Shown here: piece after piece, positions 11,949-24,800 of the stretch | How the letters are laid out: the number at the start of each line of letters is the position of its first letter | Position numbering within the stretch: position 1 is the first letter of the stretch | Assembly: GCA_051294905.1 (NCBI GenBank) | Contig: CM119381.1 | Location: 19,406,001-19,470,000 of the forward strand | Direction of reading: 5' to 3' | Length of the DNA: 64,000 nt | DNA from: Botryllus schlosseri | Taxonomy: Eukaryota | Translations under genes and position numbers: made by a program | Notes under the pieces: generated by a model | Told to the model about the DNA's origin: nothing | Seen by the model: the letters and a program-made list of their open reading frames with translations, nothing else | The model's database searches: none

Positions 11949-14900
11949 ATGTCAAACTCCCCTCCTCAGTTGAGCCAACAATCGTTGGAAGAGTTTGAAG
12001 AATACGAGCGAATCATAGAACAAAACCGGGCTGTCGACAGCAGCGACAGTGACGACTCGTCAAATTCGCAAACAACTCCCAAAAAACCTCACGGCCGGCT
12101 GCCTGCTGATACTGGCTATCACAGTGTTGGAGATTTTACGTTTTCGATACAAGATCCCACGTCCAGCGATAGAAACGACGACAGGGTGTCATCGAATTCG
12201 ACAAGCGATGCTGCAAGCGTTAAAAGCGCGCGATCATCCGCGCGAATGCGAAATAATGCATCACATGCACAATCTTCCGATATCGATGACGACAAAAGTG
12301 AAAAATCTGCAACCTTTGCGAGTGCGTCAATAGAGCAAAACGAGAATATTGATCCAGTCCAAAGCGGCACTGACGACGATGGGAAACTTGTCGCCACCTT
12401 TGGTACGACAGAAAACTTCCAGGCGCTACTACAAAGACAACTGGATGACGCAGAGGAAGAATCCAGCAGCTCTGAGGAGGAGCCGACCCCTGTAGTCGAA
12501 GAGAAACGGCCCGCGACCACTCCAAGCCCCAGAGTTCAACTGCCCCGTCCTAGAAAACCGGCCTACATGAGCCGAACCACGAGATCCCCGGCTGCCAATA
12601 GAGCGCGCCGCGCCAGTCAGAAATCAAAAACGTGGGCGCCACGTTCCCATTCGCCGGGATTTCCGGAAAGCAGCGACGATCTGAGCGTACATTCGGACGC
12701 GTCCAGGACTGAATTGCGAAGGAAGTTACGAAAGGAGAGAGTCGAGAGAGAAAAAGAGAAATCCGTTAAGCACCAGCTGCAGAGCGAGTACGACGATTTG
12801 TTGACCAAGTACGCGGAAGCCGAAAATGTCATCGATCAATTAAGAATCGGAGCGAAAATCGACATCATGGCACAGCTTCCCGATGACGCCGACATGGAGA
12901 AGTTGAAGAAATCACAAGAGGAATATGATACTGCAAGGTCCGAGCCAATTTTGGACCTTTCACATTCTCCGAGATCAACACGTGATGCTGTCACTGATAG
13001 CAGCCTCAAGCTTCCTGCTGCAGCTAACCGCGAGTTTGCGCGTATAGCGTTGATACACGACGCAGACGAATTGCGAGGTCAGATGGAGTCTTTCGCGGCG
13101 CTTCTGGACGAAGGCCACCACATTTCCGACCGAGAGAAAAGAGATGTGCTGGACAGCATAATCAGCAATGTCCACAAGTTAGAAAATGATCGGATGAAGG
13201 CAGCTAGGGATCATGAAGCCGTCCGGCAAGCTGCGATATTAACCGGGAATGCGAGCGGCGCGCTCCTCGAAGATTTTGATCCACAATTGGAAATTGCTGG
13301 TAAGATTTTTCAACTGAATCGACTTTTGGAGGATTTAAAGGATAAGGTAGCCGTGGGGTCAAGTTTACCGCAGACGCCGACATCCGGACGAAGGCAATTT
13401 ACTACAGACGAGGCGTCGGAAACCAGCGAGTCCTGGAACAGCAACATCGACGATAGGTTCAACCAGCAGTTGAAACTTTACAACAAACCGGCGTTGGCTG
13501 ATGAGCAGTCGGACACGACCGTGTCTAGTCATTTCTTGTCTAGCGACGATACCACAGTCGAGTTTCCAGTGGATAGGGAATCGCGACGCGATTTATCAAA
13601 ACAGGGTAGCGACGATATGCCGGAAAGGTTTTTAAGGCCTGTATCAAGCCGCAGGAATAGTTCGTCGAAGGGTACGTCGCGTACCGTGATCAGTAACGGC
13701 GACTCGAGTCCGTCTCGCAGTGTGAGGAGCAGTTATTCACCGTCTAAAGTGGATTCGATGTCGCAAAAGTCCCCGGATTCGCGAAGAAATTCGAAAAGTC
13801 GATTGCCCGTGCCGGTATCTTCATTGACGAATGAGCGCCCGGACAGAGCGGGTGGCAATAGGAAAAAGTCGCCTTCCAGCAATGAAATGGACGGGGACAG
13901 TGGCTTTGTAGGGTCTGTGAGCAGTAGGGAATCGATGGCGGCCAAGTCGCCCCGTGCTGCGTCGCGGAAACAGGAGTTATCGCCTGTTTTATCAGTACCA
14001 CCTAGTGAACGCAGCACGGTCTCTCAGTCGCAGCAAACCCGAGGGTTGAAGCCGTCGGCCAGACCTAGATCGGCATCGCGACATTCAAACGTGTCGGCGC
14101 CACAGTCCACGTACACCCAAGACGATACGAGAAACGAATCAGACTACTTCAAGCCGGAAACAACCAAAAGCTCTGCGTCGAGTAGAAAAGGGCAGAAGAA
14201 AAAAGCCCCGAAATCAGAAGACGGTAGTAGCGTGTGGTCTGTGCCGGTAAGATCGGCACCCCCTATTCCGTCCCATGTCAGAATCCGCAAAGGCGTGTCG
14301 GGAACACCGCTTCATTCTTCGGCGCCTTCTCAAAACACATCGCTACGAGAAACGCTGGGGCACGGCTCTGAAAAATCGAGACCCAGCAGCAGGAGATCGA
14401 CCGCGAGCAGGGACAGCGCTCTGGATTTGATTCGCGGCGAAATAGCGAGACTCCGGCAGGAGCTTGTGGATAATCAAAAGGCGGCCGAAACACGGTCCGA
14501 CAGGGGCCGGTCTGCGGACCGTAAGCAAAGCAGAAGAAGAAGTTACGCTTCCGAAGATCTCAGCACAGAGACAGAATCACCCACGCAAACCGAGAAGACA
14601 TCCGCTAGGCAAGGACGTAGCAGGAGACGACATTCGACCCAGGGAAGACGCAGCATTTCGAAAGGCTCTGAAAACACCGGGATCACTGTAATCGAGAGAC
14701 GAGACGCGAAAAGTGGCAGCGACATTCCGCTTAATCAAGCGCACGAGCAAGCTGTAAAGGAGGAAACAGTTCCGAAAGGCCACTGGGAGTATATACCGCC
14801 GTATTTTTCTCCAGCCGTTGGTCCGCAAATTCTCACCCCGAGACACGTGCCAGTTCCTACTGTAGTCGCTACCCCGCTGCCCCAGCCTGCGATGGTGCAA

Positions 14901-15287
14901 CTCGAACCTGCTTTTTACAGCCCCGTTCGGTACCCTTCGCCGGCTAGGATTTACGTTCCGATACCCGCTTACGAATCTCCGAAGTCCTCGTTTCGACCGG
15001 AACGCATTGTTACGGTTCGTACGCGGCAAGACAGCCCGAGGAGGTCCGGTAGGACGAGGGACGCGGAAGAAAACGATAGGCCTTTAAGACGAAGCCACCT
15101 CAGATCTCCAGTGAAAAGGTCGTCGTCGGTGCCCCCGCTTCGGCAAAGCATCCTAGATCCGCAGTTGAGCCTGTCCCTGCAAAGAGCGGAAAGGGCGGCC
15201 GATACCCTGCAGCGCAAGTCGAGGTCCATGTACCGGAGTTTGAGGGATACGTACAGCAAGGCAGAACTTTCTTTATCGTACGTTTAA
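11949..15287 (+). CDS. AKNA: AKNA-like microtubule-organisation protein, single coding exon
   Basis: EYDDLLTKYAEAENVIDQLRIGAK matches the AKNA-domain signature as I recall it. Also present: a DSGFVGS motif, a C-terminal L..SLQRA..AA..L helix and long Ser/Arg-rich disordered linkers. No clear GRP AT-hook seen. Confidence 0.78.
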   Translation: MSNSPPQLSQQSLEEFEEYERIIEQNRAVDSSDSDDSSNSQTTPKKPHGRLPADTGYHSVGDFTFSIQDPTSSDRNDDRVSSNSTSDAASVKSARSSARMRNNASHAQSSDIDDDKSEKSATFASASIEQNENIDPVQSGTDDDGKLVATFGTTENFQALLQRQLDDAEEESSSSEEEPTPVVEEKRPATTPSPRVQLPRPRKPAYMSRTTRSPAANRARRASQKSKTWAPRSHSPGFPESSDDLSVHSDASRTELRRKLRKERVEREKEKSVKHQLQSEYDDLLTKYAEAENVIDQLRIGAKIDIMAQLPDDADMEKLKKSQEEYDTARSEPILDLSHSPRSTRDAVTDSSLKLPAAANREFARIALIHDADELRGQMESFAALLDEGHHISDREKRDVLDSIISNVHKLENDRMKAARDHEAVRQAAILTGNASGALLEDFDPQLEIAGKIFQLNRLLEDLKDKVAVGSSLPQTPTSGRRQFTTDEASETSESWNSNIDDRFNQQLKLYNKPALADEQSDTTVSSHFLSSDDTTVEFPVDRESRRDLSKQGSDDMPERFLRPVSSRRNSSSKGTSRTVISNGDSSPSRSVRSSYSPSKVDSMSQKSPDSRRNSKSRLPVPVSSLTNERPDRAGGNRKKSPSSNEMDGDSGFVGSVSSRESMAAKSPRAASRKQELSPVLSVPPSERSTVSQSQQTRGLKPSARPRSASRHSNVSAPQSTYTQDDTRNESDYFKPETTKSSASSRKGQKKKAPKSEDGSSVWSVPVRSAPPIPSHVRIRKGVSGTPLHSSAPSQNTSLRETLGHGSEKSRPSSRRSTASRDSALDLIRGEIARLRQELVDNQKAAETRSDRGRSADRKQSRRRSYASEDLSTETESPTQTEKTSARQGRSRRRHSTQGRRSISKGSENTGITVIERRDAKSGSDIPLNQAHEQAVKEETVPKGHWEYIPPYFSPAVGPQILTPRHVPVPTVVATPLPQPAMVQLEPAFYSPVRYPSPARIYVPIPAYESPKSSFRPERIVTVRTRQDSPRRSGRTRDAEENDRPLRRSHLRSPVKRSSSVPPLRQSILDPQLSLSLQRAERAADTLQRKSRSMYRSLRDTYSKAELSLSYV

Positions 15288-16734
15288 TGTATTTTACGTA
15301 CGGTGTACTTTGTACCAAGTATTTTGCGTTGAAACGAATCAGTGCCAACAGTTTGTAACGAAGCTCAATTCTTCCGTACGCAGGGATCAACGATAGCACG
15401 TTTTTTACATTATTTGTATTATGCCTTTTATTCTGTGTCGGGGATATATATCCCTGTTCTGTGTGTACGTCTCTTCAATAACCAGCTGTCCTACGGACTG
15501 CCGTATAATCCGAGTTTTTCTCGAGTCAACATTCCAACTTTTCTATGAATGTTTGAAGTGTCTTCTCGTCAGATGACCATTCAATTTTGGAAGATGTCTT
15601 GAAAATGCATGTAACATCTACATATATTTGGCACAATATGGGTTTTCATATCAACATTGGATCCTGTTTCACCAAATTATTCCATAGTTAAGAAAAACTG
15701 TTAATAGGTCTACCTAACAATCAGCTTTACCTTGTGATGTGTGTATGTCTCTCGGTTAATATATGGCAAGACTTCAATCGAAGGGCTCTGCTCCTATTAT
15801 GTGTAAGGCTTAATGAAATTATTCGTGTCTGAATTCCTAGTCATCCCATACAGCACTCACAGTGTCTAATTTCACTCCATTGTGCCTTATGATTAAAATA
15901 TCCGTTGTCTTCACTCTTCCTATTTACATTGTGAATTCCACTCCACTGTAAAGCTTTATGAGATATGCCTATGTTTCTGCGAGCGATCTACTTTAATGGT
16001 GTAACATTGCTTCATAGTACCTCGAGTTCTTATTTTGTATTGTGTAATTCAAACTCTCAATGTGAAGAGCATGGACAGATCCACTAGCGTAGACTATAAT
16101 ACACACATTTTTCATTGTGACGTATGTTCCAGCATACCGCACTTTTAGATGATCAAAGTAACTCCATTGCAACCCTTCCAATATGGTGGATTGGTATGAA
16201 GTTTGTAGAATCTTGGACGCTATTGCTAATTTGGGTTATTTGTGCAGATTTCACAATACACACATTGCATGAATTTCATTGTTTGGTTTTACCTTTGGAC
16301 TACTCTTGCTTCACAATATTGCCACATTGATTTCTGACTAGTCCAGAGTGAATAGCAATTTATCACCTTTTCACCAATTCTCTATTGTGATGTGACTTGC
16401 TGAACCAGTGGTGGTAGTCTGAGAATTATATTTCAGGTATTTTTATCCTAAACTGCACCGTTGTTGTGGATATTGTGTATATATGTTCAAAGAGTTTTAA
16501 AATTGTACACATCGTAGCATTATCATTGAAGACTTCACTGACTATAATTTACGTTTGTGTAATGTACCCACAATATCTACCTTGCTGGGACAAAGAATTT
16601 TCTTGCTTATTTTATCACAGAGTAAATGCAGCATTGTGAATTGTGTATATTCCATTCTATATTTTCTGATATGTTACCGATGATTCTGTTTTAGATCACT
16701 AGCCGTGCGCCGATAGTGCTTCGTATTTAAAAGT

Positions 16735-17067
16735 ATGCAGAAAAGCTTCACGCTGCGGAGTGGGTATCATATGCCACCGAACATCACTTATGTCTTTGTG
16801 CCACAATATACGCAAGCACGTCGAAGAGTGACACACAGAAGGGAGGGAGCATATCGAAGTTCAAGGCGTCGTTACGATCAAGATGACGATGAGTTTTATT
16901 CTCAAGAACGCTGTTCATGTTCTTCTGATGCCAAAGTCAGTCAGAGCCTGTCAAGTTTGTACCAGTTAACTTCTTTGGATAAATCTCTGCAAAGGGCTGA
17001 AACGGCATCTGGAATGCTAAGAGACAAGTCTCGAAGGATGTATAGAACATTCCGGGACACTATTTAA
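16735..17067 (+). CDS. 110-aa stand-alone paralog of the AKNA C-terminus
   Basis: LDKSLQRAETASGMLRDKSRRMYRTFRDTI aligns with LSLSLQRAERAADTLQRKSRSMYRSLRDTY of the upstream ORF, and ITYVFVPQY with RIYVPIPAY. Acceptor-like TTCTGTTTTAG ends at 16694; AATAAA at 17066-17071. Confidence 0.6.
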   Translation: MQKSFTLRSGYHMPPNITYVFVPQYTQARRRVTHRREGAYRSSRRRYDQDDDEFYSQERCSCSSDAKVSQSLSSLYQLTSLDKSLQRAETASGMLRDKSRRMYRTFRDTI

Positions 17068-18801
17068 TAAAAAGAAGGATCATTTACGAGACGGTGTTTC
17101 TTACTCTGATGATTCTATTGTTCAATGACAGCACTATTTGTTTGGCGATGATAAATGAAATTTGCTTTGTGACTTAAGCACAGCTAGGTGCTATGAATCT
17201 CATCTGAGGTCAAGAATTATGGCGCGAAGTGTTTCCTATAATATACGCGTACCGCTACAACAATAAAAAGGAAACACATTGAGCTCTTCACACTATTTTT
17301 AATACTTTTGTTCAATGGACAACTAGTGATGTATGGATAATAATGTATGTTGACCTGATAATGTTCTTTAATCTCTGACTTCGCTGCAAAGCTAAAACGG
17401 GTCTTGTGGCCAAACAAATTTCCTCAATTGTGTGTAATGTGGTGGTGTCCAATTCTGCAACCGTGTATAATGGAAATATTCCTTTTTTGTAAACTAAATA
17501 GCTTATAAAGTAGTTAGCGAAGCGTATTCATTTTACTTAGTTTTACCCGTCTCTGATGCAACCCAATTTACAAAGTGTAGAACCTATGCAGGATGTGTCA
17601 CATCACATCTGCAAGATTCCTGTTTTTGCAATGCTCGCTTTACGTTTGATGATTTAGCTTTTAGCAAGTTCTCTCTCGAAATGATGCCGATTAGGTACAA
17701 GATAAAATTTGATGATGCCAAAACAAAATTGCGTCAAGTTACAGATCACCTCACCAATTGTATAGCACTGAATATGTAACTGTATTGGACTATTGACATG
17801 CATTTTAAAGTTTCGTTCTATGTCAATAACAAGTAAGCTTCCTCCTGGTCAATGGTCATCCTGCAATGCACTTATTTATCTACATAATGGACGGCCTTAC
17901 CTCCTGCATAGAGGTACAGTATGAACATGTATAGTGAGCCTTTGGAATATTTTTTTAACTGCATGTGGCCAAAACAACACTTTTTCTTGATACTGGTACT
18001 ATTCAAATTCATAATATAGTAGACTACCTTATCTCTCTGGCTATGCATGGCATTCACCACTGTGATAAAAAGTGCGATACGTGTCATTGTATCATCAAAC
18101 CATATAACATGCAATTTGGTCTTTTTGAATGATTTTGTATTTTAAAGGGATTACATTCCATGAAGTTCTGCTTGTTTTGCACGAAATCCAAATGTTGTAA
18201 TCTCGTGTTTGAAATTGGTGATCTTGTGAGATGAAGACATCTTCATTACGTATCTTAGTCTAGTCATTGACTTGCCCTCAGATCGAATTGTTACGGTTCT
18301 TCCAATCTTCTTATTGACAAATCAAGTTTTTCTAGTTGCCATAAGGATATTGAAAATGGATTTGTACAATTATATATGCGGTGCCAAAATGATTGATCTG
18401 TTTCTGTGTGCTAGCGAGACTTTGTTGAAAAGTATTTGCTATGCTACAAGATGGATACTCAAAATTCTTTAATATTTGACAAAGTCTTTTCCTGAACACT
18501 AAGCTTGGCAAGAATGGTTGAGATGATATTTGCTAACGCTCCATTGTTTGCTAATGATTGTGACACTTGAGATAATCGGTGTATCTTTTGTAAGGTTTCA
18601 TGCAAGACGATTTCTATTTATACAAGGTAATGTATTCCACATCCCTTTCAGGCACGCCACAAAATTTAGGCTTTTGTGCTCCACTACAATACACTGTTAT
18701 ACTATGTTAACCGATATTTTTCTTACGTCAGGTTAAGAAAGCATGTGTTGTTGACATATTTTTCCTGTTGACTGAAGCTGTTCGGTTTTGCGGTTGTTAC
18801 C

Positions 18802-21800
18802 ATGGATAAGTATGCTGGATTGCCAAGTTGGATACAAAAGTCAAAAAAAACTTTGAGGCAAACGCAGGTAATTAGCGGCACGTTACCTCTGTCCTCAGAC
18901 ACATGTTCCTAATACACTAAATATATGTTATCGGAATTAATCCCTTAATATAATGGACTGCGATTCAATAAAATTACCGGTGTTTCAGTGTACAAATGCT
19001 GTTGATTTATGCTTTTCGCCAAGGTCATAATTTAAACATGGTATTCATTTCACTAAAGTAGCCTGCTTTTGTGTGATAGGAATGGCAGACCTTTACCATG
19101 AAGCTTTATGATGTCGTCCATCATCAAATGCACGAGATGGGTGTCAGCTCATTTCATGAACTCAACCCATCGGAGAAAGAACTATTGTTACAAAGAGGAT
19201 TCCATGCTCTGAGGAAGAGTGAGTTACTACGGGTGTAAATCATGTGAAAGACAATTTGTACTGATCAAATGTTGACCTTAAGTTACCGATTAAAATGAAA
19301 CTTGATATTAGCTCGTTTGATTAAATACGACCATATTTCATCTGAAATCCACGTTGACAGTCTTAATTAAGATAACTTTGTTGTCGTTATACTTTACTCG
19401 CGCAGGTTTTACTGTACGAAAAGGAATTTACTTTGAAGTATGCTCTCCAGAACAATTGCTCCATAAAAATTATTGCGTGCACTTGAACAATTGTTCCGCT
19501 GTCGTATCATGATGGCCTCCGCCATATCCACTCAAAGATGGGTTAAATAGCACTTGAACTGTTCCATTAATATGGACAGGATATCATGTCCTTGTGTGAA
19601 AGACGTTATCTGCAAACATCTCGTTTCATAGACTAGCAGCAATTTTTATGGAAAGAGCGTAATACCGTACACTAATACACTTTGCACTCAATCTCCTTAT
19701 AGAGTGTATACCTCCAGCAATATGATACCTTTGTTCCTTATTGGTAGGCCTACTTGGTAATTAATACTAACGTTTTTTCCAATATCTTTCAGCGGAAGCT
19801 TATCACAACTTACTGGAGGTTGTTTCCGACACTCTGGATGAATCTGTGAGCAGAGAAGCAGACAAATTGTCAAAGGAAAAGATTCAGACCAAGTCTAGGC
19901 TCGAAATTTTGCAAGATGAATGCGGCAAAGCAGTTGTGAGTGGCTAAATTATGATGATTGATTTTGCCTATAAATCACAAGCTGAATCGCCCCATACCAG
20001 GGACATTGCGATATATTCAGTGGTGACGCAATAGTAACCATTCAAATTACCACTCATGTATAGGGCTTTTGTACCATACGTCTGTGGTCTTGACTAAAAA
20101 CAAAAAAGGTCTACATTTCGACTCGACCTCCGTTTTACCCAATTTGTTACGGAACTCAGACGTTCACTGTGTCAAGGTCGAGTTTCTGATGGCATTTGAA
20201 TACTTTTTCTAGAAGAAAAGGACATTCAGGTGTCCTCTGAGGACACTTTCAATTTATTGAAATAAGGGGAAAAATCCTCACTCATCATGTACCATGTGGG
20301 TTGACGAATTTGCCATGGTTCTCTCTATCTGCCCTACAGTACCACGCCACATTTGTGGGCCGAATGAGATAGCACTGAGAAGTGTACACCAGTTGTAGGC
20401 TACCAAACTTGAAGGCTTCACATATATCAGCGATCTGGAACGTCCTAACACTACTCCCCGATCTCTTTTCAATTCTGTATTTTACATGAACTCATGCATT
20501 GTATGAACTAAAAAATTGGACCCATAATTCGTGACCCTTATGAATTTCAATAACGAACATGCTTGTCTCCAGACAGCTCTTTTACAAAAATGGCCGGACA
20601 GCAAATCATCACTCCGACAATGCCTCAACGTCGACACACCGGTTGAATTGCGATACGTAATGTGGAAGAACTTTTTGAAGAATACGAAAGGTACCCTATT
20701 TTTTGCAAGACCACCCACTGGTCTGTGCTTTTATTTTGTTCCTACTATTATGTCATTTCATACTACTTCACTCCTTCAGTGAAAGAAGAGTATTTGATGC
20801 TTGTCGCCAGCAATCCGGAAAAGCTTGTTTCGTCGTTGGATTTTGAAATATCCCAAAAGTGCAAAATGCTTCTGGCATCGGATCCTACACTGAAGGGAAT
20901 TTCGAATAAAAGTTGTGAGTACTTTGGTACTAGATCACTTTGCTTTCATAAACTCAAAAGGGAAACATGTATGGTATTCTCAATCACGTAGACCCCCAAC
21001 TCGAATCTGAGTTGCACGTAAAGCAGCGACACTATTGACTAACTCAGAATCTTGTGTGTAATACGTTGAATGGAAAATATGAAAAATAAAAACACAGCCA
21101 CATAAATTTGAGACACATCATACAATGGTATTGCATCACAAGACTGGCGTATTATCAGTTCATCAAAAACACCATTTAAATACGAGAAATATACAATATA
21201 CGCCTACATTTCGCCATCATCACATAATATTATGTTCAGTAATTTCTCTACTGAACCTAAGGAATGCATATCCTGCATATTTCTATGCTGTCCGCACCAG
21301 TCCTGGGAATATTCCGGACCTAGAGGACTTTTTGCATGCCGGGATGCTCCAATCACGATGTAATGATATTCGGTGAAATGTCAATCTCGCTTTGCCTTGC
21401 CCCTTCCTTTCTTGAATATTCTGCTTCCGCCTCTTTTTAACATAGGCTGAAAACAAGGAGATGGCTGTTTTGGTGAATGCTGTTGTGAAGTCAGACAAAT
21501 ACTACCCAAAGGCAACACTACTCTTATTGTAATGTATGCATATCACTCACTACCAAGTGAAGTTTACCTTCCTCCTTTAAATTGTTATTGATGATAACTG
21601 CAATAGATGTGAAGTGAGCATCACTACAGATCAGAGCCTGTGAGGGCCAGGTTATGCCTATTTGTACTACCAGTACCTAATCAAGTGAAATTTATAAGAC
21701 AACTGGGCAAAAGAGCATTTGTATCACTGCTACTGAATGTATTTTCAAATGTGCCTATTTGAGGTGTCGTTGGTCATTTCGTGCCTGTCACGAAGAGGCA

Positions 21801-24800
21801 TCTTGCTATTTCAAAAGAGACAGCTAACTGCTAAAAGTGCACGTTGATAAAATGGACTTTTTGAAACTCATGATATTCATCTTCAGCTTCTACTTGGGAT
21901 AGTGTTGACACGTCTTTGAAATTGCTAATTGTAAATGCATAGTAGGGTAGTGTTAATTGATAGCGTTATTTCTAGTTCTACTTAGCTTTTGTCAACTCCA
22001 GTATCAAGAGTTTGGTAGATTTATGATATAAGATTGTTAAAATTAGTAGTGATGGATTCCTTTGTCTACCACTACAGAAATGATTTTAAATGGCACCACT
22101 TCTACTTAAGTTGATTTGAATGGTGCTGCTCTACTTGACCTAAATGACCAGATGACTATTACCATATAACCATTGGCCGCTCACCTGTACTTCAGTATGG
22201 TCCATCTTTCTAAGGACGGCCTCGTCGTCTCCCTTGCTGCGTTGCACAAGGATTTGCGCCTCTAGCTTTTTGAGAAAATCCTGCTTATAGATACGATCGT
22301 CGAGCACTTGACATACGCACAGCTTGTCCATATTCGGATTGTGGTGTTGGCAGTTCGTACTTTTTGCCGACAGTTCGTCCACCAACTGGATGGCAAACAT
22401 GTTCACTGATTCGTCGGAATCTTCAATGTCTATCACAAGCTTGATGTCACTCAAGGGCAGCATGCGGATGTGCTGAAAACATAAATTGAATATTATCGTT
22501 ATTTATCCATGCGGATGAATTTCTACTTTCCATTGGATAAATTTCAAGCTATCAAAGAGATGTGCATTGAGAAATTGTACTTCTTTACCTCCAAAGGAAC
22601 GGGGCAAATGAATAAACAGTGGCCTAGTTGTAATTTCACACAAAAATTCTCTCTTATCCTACTATTCATCAGTTTCACCCCCTCAGCACACGGAAATATT
22701 TGAGGAACCCTGGTTGGGGTCACGCATCTCAAAAAATTGACTAAACGTACGAAACAGCTTTACCAATAAGGGAATTGGTAGAAAATTTCCGCTCTGCAAT
22801 TGCAAGACACCTGTAGGGAACTGTGCATTGCAAAAGCGGGGGTCATAGATAGATGTCAATTAATAAATAATGCTTCTGAAAAGATCAATTCTATACCGGG
22901 ATAGGCAACGCTGCTATCCACCGCTAGCGAGTAGCGAGTATTCATGCAATGAATACTCTTGTTCCATTTTTGTCCACTGTGCTAGTATAGCAGATAAGAA
23001 TATATCTACTGTAGAACCATATATAGAATGACCCATATTGTAAAAACAATCTCATTGAATGAATAAAGCTGAAGGATTCGTGAAGTTTTTTAATCACTGG
23101 TGTTTGTTGCGAATGTACATTGGAGGATGATTCGGTTATGAAAAGGTAAAAACCAGTGATTGGACTATGTGCAGTGTCTATCCTCCTGTGCGTCAATGTA
23201 TTCAATCCTAGCTCACCTTGAGTAATACAGTTCCGGGCGAGTGTTTGAATTTTGACACTTCGATCATGTCAGTTAGTAAATATAGAGCAAGCCTGTCGCC
23301 AACTCGATAAAGACCTTCGTTCAAAGAGGTGACGTTGGTCCTTGCTACAAAAGAACGGTTTGAAGAAACGATTTCCGCAGGACACGATTCCACCTGGTAG
23401 TAATAAAAATGAAGACATTGTTGATATTGGGTCTGTAAAACACTCGGCTATTCAAGTTTATCAGTGGTGAAACACTGCCTACATGTTTACAACACGGACA
23501 TGAACGATATTGCTGAAAACATTGGGATGTAAAATTAATAATAGAGATGTGGCCTGTTGTGACAAAGGCTTAGATGAAACTTCGCACAGTTCTAGAATAT
23601 TGTAACTACTGTATGAACGTAGAACGTGTGATGCAATAATGTAGGACATAGGCAGGCATGGTTATTTTTGGCATTTCGGGAACCAAACCATGCCAGTGAA
23701 CTTTTATATTTATTTGTGAGAACTAGCTGCTTTTCTTCTTGACCAATAAATAGATTGACCTAATACTGTATACGTGCCAGTCACCATCACATTAGATTAG
23801 GTAACCTTCTCCATGAGAAATGAATGAATATATTTGATGAGCTGGAGTTAGTGCATTGCACAAGTGCACAGATTAGAGCTTACTTCATAAATTATATCGA
23901 ATATCTTCAGTTTCCCTTCTGTCTTTCTCTTATCTTCGTTGATATGCGACAGGACTTGCTTTAAAGATTCTTTTGCCTTTTCTAGTTCCTTGTGATCACG
24001 AAGTTCTTCCGGTGTTCTTCTTTGCATGTCTACAATAAATGTTGAATAGATAATTATATGTAGAAAGATTGGACCGCATCATTTTTCTGGAATCTCGTCA
24101 AATTCATTTCATCAAATCACATATTATTTGGATTTTCTGCATGTTAGGTTGAGGTACTGACATTCATTATACGATTACCCACCGCTGATCAAGAGAGACA
24201 TGCTCGGCAAACGTTGCACAGGTCGGATCATTAAAGCGTCTAGCGGTTGCTTTAGGCACAGTGGATTGTTGAAGCAATTAATCAGGAATTCTGAGAATTT
24301 CTGGTTCGACTTCTGCTGTTTCAGTATCAGGTCTTTACCCATGTCGAAAAAGTTCACGTATGGAGGATACGCCTGAATGTATAAGGAAGATTATGTTATT
24401 TTGAATCATGGTATGGCATCTTTAATCTATATGCATCTGGTGATCTGCTGAAGGCACAGAAAACAAACTTTGACACACTTAATGAAAGTAATAATCAGCA
24501 GTCATGGAGATATTGTAGCTTCCGAATTGTTGGTGGAACAACATGGATACTTCTTGGGTATTTTATTCTTCCTAGAATTCACATGACTCAACAGGTGACC
24601 AATTCTATACAATTTCCTGTTACTCTAGGAAACTGCAACCGTTGGCATATTCTTATTTCCCATATCCATTGAAAAAGTATAAAGCAGTCACTTCAGATGT
24701 GATTACCTTGGTGAGTTGGCCTTGATACTTTGTAATTATGCTCGCAATGCAACAATCTTCATCCCAGTCAGAGATCACATTGCTCAATTCTTGGTGAATC

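Noticed and set aside
12049-15399. Numerous overlapping short ORFs on both strands within the AKNA-like exon
   Set aside because: Expected by-products of a GC-rich 3.3 kb coding exon with few off-frame stops.
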